35,002 nt of DNA from Hormoscilla sp. (GTDB lineage: Bacteria; Cyanobacteriota; Cyanobacteriia; Cyanobacteriales; Desertifilaceae). The translations under genes and the position numbers were made by a program. The notes below the pieces were generated by a model that searched no databases, was not told where the DNA came from, and saw nothing but the letters and a program-made list of their open reading frames with translations. The DNA lies in NCBI GenBank assembly GCA_051439505.1, contig JBFRWI010000125.1, positions 1-35,002 on the forward strand. The letters run 5' to 3'. Shown here in pieces: positions 29,000-35,002 of this stretch; position 1 is the stretch's first letter, and every line of letters begins with the position of its first letter.

Positions 29000-29500
29000 T
29001 TGGACACTGTTAGGGGGAACATTCTTACTCTTCTTGAAGAGATTGCGCCCATATTTTTTCGACGTGTTTTTTTCTGTTTCACCAATAACACCAAGAACTG
29101 AGCATGTTGATGCTGAACATCTTATTTGAAACAAGCTCTTATTCTGAACTGCGCTACCGGTTACTGAAAACCAAGAGTTTGATTGCATTGCTGCATAGAT
29201 ATTTAGCCAATTTTCGTCATTGTCTACAATGTTTTCTGTAGGCAATGACAAACCGCTAGATATCCTGCTCGACAATTCATTCCAGAATGGGGACAAATTA
29301 CCATCGTCTAAAGCTAATCCGGGCTGTAATCTCAAAAAGGAATTACGTTCCTGGATACTATCTGCGCAGGTCTTCAAATTATTGCTCAAAATCCCGACAT
29401 AGCGCTCCTGCGTCGCGCACTGCGTATAAGGAATTACTTGAGACACGTGCATAGTAAATAGTTCTAGTTGACGACTAGACACCCTGCACTTCTCTTTCAC
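29000..29500 (-). pseudogene. tnpA: IS607 tnpA serine recombinase relic (copy A), in a frame overlapping tnpB
   Basis: RTIYYARVSS is still readable, but at least 8 in-frame stops are present and the HTH part is missing; boundaries approximate. Confidence 0.7.
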
Positions 29501-29737
29501 TTTTCAATTTATTGAGGTTATAATGTTCGTGTATTCTTGTTGCGAGCAGTCAATGCTCGTTTCTTTTTCTAATTTATAATTAGAAAAAGTTCTGTCGAAA
29601 AGCGTGATAATACAGAGACTCTTATAATGTTTTGCTACCGACAAAAACGAATCGGTACTGAATTATTGTCAAAATCTGAGAGATGTGTAGGTTTTCGGGC
29701 ACTTAGTTACAAGTCTAGCACTTAGGGGGCCTCGGGA

Positions 29738-29790
29738 GCCCGAACCCTAAAGGGTCCGGCTATGCAAACAAAGCCCGCCTAGGCGGGCTA
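29738..29790. repeat. REP-like double hairpin, related copy at 34091-34142
   Basis: CCGAACCCTAAAGGGTCCGGCTA...AACAAAGCCCGCCT.GCGGGCTA in both copies. Confidence 0.75.
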
Positions 29791-30056
29791 GATTACAAAA
29801 CACCAGATGCTCCCCCTACCAACTTCCCGTCCGGACCGACAATATGTAAAGATTTATTACAAACCACTGCATCAGGCATACAATCGGGAATGGCATCGTA
29901 TAGGATGGTAGGAACTGACATTCCCGCTAACTGGAGCAGGGATAAATGACCGGTGTATCTCGTGCTCGACACTGGCAACATTACTGGAAGAGGGATAAAT
30001 GACCGGTGCTACTCGATCGTAGTTAGTCGTTGAGATAGTAAAGGGGATATGGTCAG

Positions 30057-31094
30057 ATGAGTGGTTCAAAAGTAATTTCTGTTGCCGCTGGCGCAGCACC
30101 TGCTACCGGTGCTGCTGTGTTGGCGGCGATCGCCCCAGCAGTAGGGGTCATCATGGCTACCGGTGCGGTGGTGGGGGCGGCGGGAACGATCGCCCATTTG
30201 GGGGTGAAAGCGGTGCAATCTTACCAGGACCGCCTGCGCCGGGAACGGGAGGCTGCTGAACGACGGGAACGGGATATTCAGCAGCGCATTGCCCAGGTGA
30301 GGGCCCGGGTTCGTTCTAGTTCTGGTCCCCCAAGGGTTTCTGTTAATTTGCCCCCACAAACTAATTCTTCGGCAATTGGATCTCAATCTTCAGATGATAC
30401 TATTAAGGCGGCCCGTCGGGACGAGCAACGGCGGGTTGGCGAACTCAGATCTAGACTTCCTCAGGTGCGATCGGAGTATGAGGCTTTAATCTCTCAAGAC
30501 CTCTTAGATGCCCAAACGGTACGGGATGCTTTGCAACAAACTGATGTTGCTCTCAATGCTGGTAATCTTTCTCAGGCCCAGGCCCATTTACAAGCCCTGG
30601 ATGATGCTCGCATTCAAGTGATGCAGCAGCTCAAAACTGACTGGCTGGCCCAAATTGATTACCTCCACGAACGTCTTCAGCTATTGCGCGATCGCCTCCC
30701 TGCTTCGGTGAGCGATCGTTTGCAAAGGGCCATTGACGATGCTGGCAGTAACTGGCAGCAACTTACCGATGGGGACCTACAGGTTCTGCATCAGGAAATT
30801 AGCGAATTTGAGGCCCAAGCCGATCGCATTTGGTCTGCTGCGGAGAATTTGGTCAATTCTTGGACTGATGTGGGCTATGTGGCCCGAATTGCCGGCATAG
30901 AACAGGGAGATGTGGCGATCGAAGTGGAAACCCATGAGGGGGTGAATACCCAGATGCGGGTGCAGTTCGACGGTCAACAAATAGATCTGGAAGGCCCCCC
31001 CGAAGAGTCTAATTCTTGTGCCGATCGCACCAGAGAAGCGATGCAAATTTTTCAAGAACAGGGCTATTATTTGGAGTTGCGACCAAGTACCTAG
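30057..31094 (+). CDS. Hypothetical coiled-coil protein with Gly/Ala-rich hydrophobic N-terminus; 3' end probably cut by element B
   Basis: 345-aa ORF containing HIP1 sites; the last codons (LRPST*) lie inside the conserved IS left end. Confidence 0.75.
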   Translation: MSGSKVISVAAGAAPATGAAVLAAIAPAVGVIMATGAVVGAAGTIAHLGVKAVQSYQDRLRREREAAERRERDIQQRIAQVRARVRSSSGPPRVSVNLPPQTNSSAIGSQSSDDTIKAARRDEQRRVGELRSRLPQVRSEYEALISQDLLDAQTVRDALQQTDVALNAGNLSQAQAHLQALDDARIQVMQQLKTDWLAQIDYLHERLQLLRDRLPASVSDRLQRAIDDAGSNWQQLTDGDLQVLHQEISEFEAQADRIWSAAENLVNSWTDVGYVARIAGIEQGDVAIEVETHEGVNTQMRVQFDGQQIDLEGPPEESNSCADRTREAMQIFQEQGYYLELRPST

Positions 31095-31296
31095 AAACCT
31101 ACACATCTCTCATATTTGAGGTCAACTTAAGTACGTTCGGGGCAGTTCTATGTAATTAAAGTATTATTTATTTACGTACAGTTACGGTTGATTGTCTGAG
31201 TTATATTGTATGTACAGTTATAAACACGAAGTTAATGAAGCTAATGCAATGCAGCAAAAAACGAGCATTTACTACTCTGACCGTCCTCAATTATAA

Positions 31297-31896
31297 ATGA
31301 AGCATGAATATTAACTCCCAGCCCCGGCAGCTAACCTTTTGGGAGTATATCCAGAGTCCCAAAGAAGGTGCCGAAGAGAAGAGAAAACCACATCGTACCG
31401 AACGCCAGGTGGACAGCGCCGTTTCCTCAAAAGGGAGATTGAAAGATTTGCAGGCATCGAGTTGCCAACTACAACTGTTTGTGATGGAAGGGTCTCAAGT
31501 TATTCCCAACGTGACGATCTTGAGCGACAACCTGAATACTTGCGCCTCCACAACGAGGGCGCAGAATTTATTTCAGAAATTGTCGTCCGGCTCAATTTTA
31601 GACGGCGAAAATTTAAGTCCATTTTGGAACGAATTATCAAGCAGGATATCCAGCGGCTTGTCGTTGCCCACCGCGACAGACTCTGTAGATTGGGATGGGA
31701 ACTGGTTGAGTGGTATTGCTTATACAATGCAGTCCAACTCGTGGTTCAAAATGTTCAGCAGCTCAGTCGGAAACAAAAGCTTGTTCAGGATATGTTGTCC
31801 AGCCTCCACGGTTTCAGTTGTCGGCTCTGCGGTTTGCGAAAGTACAGAAAAAAAGAAGGCTCTCCAGTACGGGAAGAATCCGTTACGACAAAGTAA
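31297..31896 (+). pseudogene. tnpA: IS607 tnpA (MerR-type HTH + serine recombinase), degenerate
   Basis: MKHEY*LPAPAANLLGV...YRTPGGQRRF...CDGRVSSYSQRDDLERQ...LNFRR...VAHRDRLCR...FSCRLCGLRKY. TAA at 31312-31314; YARV->DGRV and GSG->VVR. Confidence 0.85.
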
Positions 31897-33079
31897 TAAG
31901 CCAAAACCAAACAGCGTACTTAAGATTCCTCTTTTTCCAGATCGAGAGCAGCATCTGATTTGGAAACAGTGGCTAGCTGCTTATCGCTGGGTTTATAATC
32001 AGTGTGTTGAGTTTTACAATCAGGGTCGGTCCCTGGCTCCTAAGCAGTCGTTAGATCAGTACATACAGCAGTTGCAAAGTTTACCCTTAAACTCATGGAC
32101 GAAGTGCTTGGGTAACACCAGACAAGAAGCTGTTTGTGAAGCACTTTCTGCAAGTCGCCAATCCCGCAAAACTAATGGAGGTAAGGATAAGCTGCGTTTC
32201 CGCTCTTGTCAAAATAAATCCCAAGCTATACAGTTCAATCCCGGAGCTTATCGGAACGGAAAATGGTTTTCCACTAAAGTAAAAGGCACAACATTTGCGG
32301 TGGCAAAAGGGCATGAATTACCAATGAACTGTGAGTATGGAACCAAGCTTGTTTATCAACACGGGCAATGGTTCGGATGCTTCCCCCAACATTTACCAAT
32401 AACTGAAACTGGTTCCGAGCGGGTGATAGCGCTCGATCCAGGCAATCGGACTTTTCTGACTGGCTATGATGGCGAAAATGTTTTAGAGATTGGCAAGGGA
32501 GATATCGGGCGGCTGACGAGGCTGTGCCTGCACCTAGACAAACTCATCGGCAGGAAAGTCAAAGCTAGTGGAAAAGTAAACAAACGACTGCGGTACAAAT
32601 TGAACAAGGCAATTGCTCGGGGAAGATTCAAGATTCGCTCACTGGTGGATGACCTGCATCGCAAAGCAGCTAGTCTACTCGTTAATAGCTATAAGCTGAT
32701 ATTTCTACCTACTTACCAGACTTCGCAAATGGTTGTTAAAGCCAATCGCAAGATTAACCGTAGGTCTGTCAGAAATATGCTGACTTGGGCAATGGGGCGG
32801 TTTGCTTCTCATCTAGAACAGACTGCTAAACGTAAAGGAGTGCTCATAGTGCGCTGCAATGAAGCATACACTAGCAAAACTTGCCCCCAATGCGGTCACG
32901 TCCACAAGAAACTTGGTGGGTCTAAAGTCCACAAATGTCCTAATTGCGGTCACTCTGCCCCGCGAGATTGGGTAGGCGCTCTTAATATTATGTTGAGAGC
33001 TTTGCAGGCTGTCGCCTTCGATGTTAGAGATGGCGTTATCACCATGTCTGATGCCGATGTTGTACTTGCACAAGGTTAA
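31304..33079 (+). CDS. tnpB: RNA-guided endonuclease TnpB (591 aa, Fanzor-like RuvC motifs, long N-terminal extension)
   Basis: KIPLFP...WLAAYRWVYN, IALDPG (RuvC-I), CNEAYTSKTCPQCG...CPNCG and RDWVGALNI (RuvC-III). Confidence 0.9.
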   Translation: MNINSQPRQLTFWEYIQSPKEGAEEKRKPHRTERQVDSAVSSKGRLKDLQASSCQLQLFVMEGSQVIPNVTILSDNLNTCASTTRAQNLFQKLSSGSILDGENLSPFWNELSSRISSGLSLPTATDSVDWDGNWLSGIAYTMQSNSWFKMFSSSVGNKSLFRICCPASTVSVVGSAVCESTEKKKALQYGKNPLRQSNKPKPNSVLKIPLFPDREQHLIWKQWLAAYRWVYNQCVEFYNQGRSLAPKQSLDQYIQQLQSLPLNSWTKCLGNTRQEAVCEALSASRQSRKTNGGKDKLRFRSCQNKSQAIQFNPGAYRNGKWFSTKVKGTTFAVAKGHELPMNCEYGTKLVYQHGQWFGCFPQHLPITETGSERVIALDPGNRTFLTGYDGENVLEIGKGDIGRLTRLCLHLDKLIGRKVKASGKVNKRLRYKLNKAIARGRFKIRSLVDDLHRKAASLLVNSYKLIFLPTYQTSQMVVKANRKINRRSVRNMLTWAMGRFASHLEQTAKRKGVLIVRCNEAYTSKTCPQCGHVHKKLGGSKVHKCPNCGHSAPRDWVGALNIMLRALQAVAFDVRDGVITMSDADVVLAQG

Positions 33080-33106
33080 TATTAGCTTTGTGAGGGTTAA
33101 AGACAG
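33009..33106 (+). ncRNA. Putative omegaRNA scaffold of copy B; the guide would be flank 33107 onward (GTGTGGGTGCTGAATTCC...)
   Basis: CTGTC...GACAG closing stem and CAAGGTTAA/TTAGCTTTG hairpin; overlaps the tnpB 3' end. Confidence 0.65.
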
Positions 33107-33487
33107 GTGTGGGTGCTGAATTCCGAGACGATCTCCTATACGGGGTTTCCTATATAAACAGATTTCCTCTATACTGGTAGAAAAGCAGTGGGTTGGTACC
33201 GGCGAACGATGGTCCTGGGCCCGGGAAAATGCCCCGGTTGATTCCAGAAAGGAGAAATTTCGGGAAATATTTGGGAATAGGGTTGACATTATTGGGGGAT
33301 AGGATGCTAAAATCAATTTGCGGATGAAAAATTTTGGGCGATCGGGGGTATAATAATGAATGTGGTGGCAGAGGCGCGTTAACGATCGCTTGCCACCAGA
33401 TTTGCTCTTGCCAAAAGGGGATGCCCCGGGTGTAAAATGGGAAATCATCCACCTTTTTCCAGTCACCAAATCACCGGAGGTGTCACC

Positions 33488-34060
33488 ATGATTGCCAAAC
33501 CCCGGCGGCCCTGGACAGGGAAAGTTCTAGCGATCGCCCTAACTCTCTCGGGTATTATAGCATGTTCTACCCAGGAAAGTCAAGTAAAATATAGCATTTC
33601 GACTAGCTTCAGATGTATGCCATACGAAGACAGTTTGGGAACCTTTGCGAAAAGAGGTAATGCGATTTCAGAATTCCCGATGATCGCCTGGAATACTACA
33701 GAGTTTGGATCGGACTATTCACCAGAGAAACGTTGCAACATTGTTTCCCAACGCTTGACTAGGGCGGTGGCAGACAATGGCGAGATGTTGAGCAATTTGG
33801 AACTCACTACTGGTATGCTAAATGATTATCCAGTAGTTTGCTTCGTTACCAACAGGTCTGAGAAATGTAAAGATAGCAATCTTCTGTTCACCCTGAAGCA
33901 GGAGAATGCCAAAAACCCCCAAAAGGTCCTGGCAAAGATGACCCTTTTTGGTCATGGGAAAGCCGGAAAGGATGAGATAATAGATGAAGAAATTTATCCC
34001 GAGTCCATTTCTTTGGAAGAGTTGGTCGATCGGCATTTGCCACAGGATAGCGGTTGGTAA
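33488..34060 (+). CDS. COP23 domain protein (secreted or lipoprotein-like)
   Basis: GGAGG RBS, signal peptide, FRC, W...FG.DYSPEKRCNIVSQRL, TTGMLNDYPVVC and NLLFTLK. Confidence 0.8.
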   Translation: MIAKPRRPWTGKVLAIALTLSGIIACSTQESQVKYSISTSFRCMPYEDSLGTFAKRGNAISEFPMIAWNTTEFGSDYSPEKRCNIVSQRLTRAVADNGEMLSNLELTTGMLNDYPVVCFVTNRSEKCKDSNLLFTLKQENAKNPQKVLAKMTLFGHGKAGKDEIIDEEIYPESISLEELVDRHLPQDSGW

Positions 34061-34166
34061 ATTTGGTACTCGGCCTCGCCGCCGAACGCCGCCGAACCCT
34101 AAAGGGTCCGGCTACATGAACAAAGCCCGCCTGCGCGGGCTATATACATGTATAGGGCTATGCACC

Positions 34167-34328
34167 GGGTGTGGTCAAAACCAGTTGATCGTTCATGGGC
34201 TTTCCCAGTCGTGGGATCCCCCCAACCCCGTTAAAAAGGGGGGGGCCTCCGGAAGCCCCCCCTTCTGCAAGCTTCTGCAAGGGGGGGGGGTTGGGGGGGA
34301 TCCGCCGCAACTACTTTTGACCGCACCC
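34167..34328. mobile_element. MITE of the same family, opposite orientation, 9-bp TSD CTATGCACC
   Basis: GGGTGTGGTCAAAA...TTTTGACCGCACCC; TSD at 34158-34166 and 34329-34337. Confidence 0.9.
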
Positions 34329-34464
34329 CTATGCACCTGATGCCCGCCGTTCATTCAAAAGAGAAAATGTTTGCAGTCGGTTTTCAACCGACTTCAGCTA
34401 TTAGCAGGGGGTTTGAACCCCCTGCGGGCCCCGGGACAAACCGAGAAATTGAAGGTTAAAGAAG

Positions 34465-35002
34465 ATGTCGAGATTATCAGCCATTATCCTTGGTACTACC
34501 ATCGCCCTAGTGCAACCGACCATCGCCTGGGCCCAAGATGTCTATGACATCGCCAAGGAAATCACAGTTTTCATCGATGGCTGTAGTAGCGGTTCGGGGG
34601 TAATTTATGACAAAAAGGGCAATACTTACTACGTGCTGACAGCATATCACGTGGTGGACGAAAACCCAAGATTTTGTCGAGTGATTACGACCGATGGGGA
34701 ATCATACGACCCCGGACCTGATAATATTGAACACATCGGTAGCTTAGATTTGGCAGTGGTAAAGTTTGTCAGTAATAAGAGATATCAAGTCGGCACCTTG
34801 GGGGACTCTCAGTCAATAACCATTGGCAAAACAGTTTACATCGCCGGGGCCCCCCCATCTAATCCAATACTGGAAATGGAACGCACCATCAGGGTAAGTG
34901 AGGGAAAAATAATCGGTAGGGCTTCACAAGCTTCGGAAGGCTATACTTTAATTTATGATAATACTACGCGCGGGGGCATGAGTGGCGGTCCTATCCTGAA
35001 TA
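34465..35002 (+). CDS. Trypsin-like serine protease, runs off the window
   Basis: Hand translation: signal peptide MSRLSAIILG..., then GSGVI, VLTAYHVV (His), DLAVV (Asp) and GMSGGPIL (Ser). Confidence 0.9.
   Translation, partial: MSRLSAIILGTTIALVQPTIAWAQDVYDIAKEITVFIDGCSSGSGVIYDKKGNTYYVLTAYHVVDENPRFCRVITTDGESYDPGPDNIEHIGSLDLAVVKFVSNKRYQVGTLGDSQSITIGKTVYIAGAPPSNPILEMERTIRVSEGKIIGRASQASEGYTLIYDNTTRGGMSGGPILN

Larger units (their letters stand above)
25423..29500 (-). pseudogene. tnpB: TnpB copy A: exon 1 29500-28375, exon 2 25975-25423, with a 20-nt frameshifting insertion near 25542-25561
   Basis: Removing the intron gives DKL-I-GRKVKASG as in copy B. The RDWVGALNI RuvC-III motif is out of frame after the insertion. 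Confidence 0.85.
25396..29717 (-). mobile_element. IS607-derived tnpB element, copy A (contains a group II intron)
   Basis: Ends defined by homology to copy B: left AAGTRCC...AAACCTACACATCTCTCA (+/- 6 nt) and right ...GCTTTGTGAGGGTTTAATACAG. Confidence 0.8.
31072..33106 (+). mobile_element. IS607-derived tnpB element, copy B
   Basis: tnpA relic plus tnpB; ends homologous to copy A (left end +/- 6 nt, right end ...GGGTTAAAGACAG). Confidence 0.85.

Noticed and set aside
29930..30008. Mini-CRISPR array for the TnpBs
   Set aside because: Only two imperfect, non-palindromic repeats, outside the elements; the right-end omegaRNA already explains guide supply
31339..31896. Functional TnpA starting at TTG 31339
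   Set aside because: The natural ATG (31297) is followed by an in-frame TAA and conserved motifs are substituted; treated as a pseudogene
31072..33106. IStron (group I intron spanning the IS607 element)
   Set aside because: Although the right end finishes in G, the ~220-nt AT-rich leader shows no recognisable group I core; an Infernal search would settle it
32813..33469. Minus-strand ORFs of 218 aa and 100 aa
   Set aside because: They are antisense to the tnpB end or lie in the COP23 upstream region, with no motifs

Overview
Cyanobacterial chromosomal DNA, judged from frequent HIP1 GCGATCGC sites, petF genes and Uma2 genes. Positions 1-24 kb are mostly housekeeping: tRNA-Arg(ACG), moaC, murJ, thiO, gltD, bvdR, three tandem petF-type ferredoxins, a SpoIID/LytB protein, sulfiredoxin and DUF1350. 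This part also holds a tubulin-like/VWA/solute-binding-protein locus, many MITEs and REP-like hairpins, and several gene relics (Uma2, brnT/brnA, dps). Positions 24-33 kb are a mobile hotspot with a 5'-truncated RecD2-like helicase and two divergent IS607-derived tnpB elements whose RuvC motifs match the Fanzor-like, rearranged-catalytic-site type. Copy A carries a complete sense-oriented group II intron. The main finding is that in both elements a long TnpB N-terminal extension is written in the +1 frame of a decaying tnpA gene. In a 21-codon block of that extension, every difference between the copies is synonymous in the TnpB frame. The right-end omegaRNA scaffold shows a compensatory base-pair change between the two copies. 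Family assignments come from motif recognition only; no searches were run.
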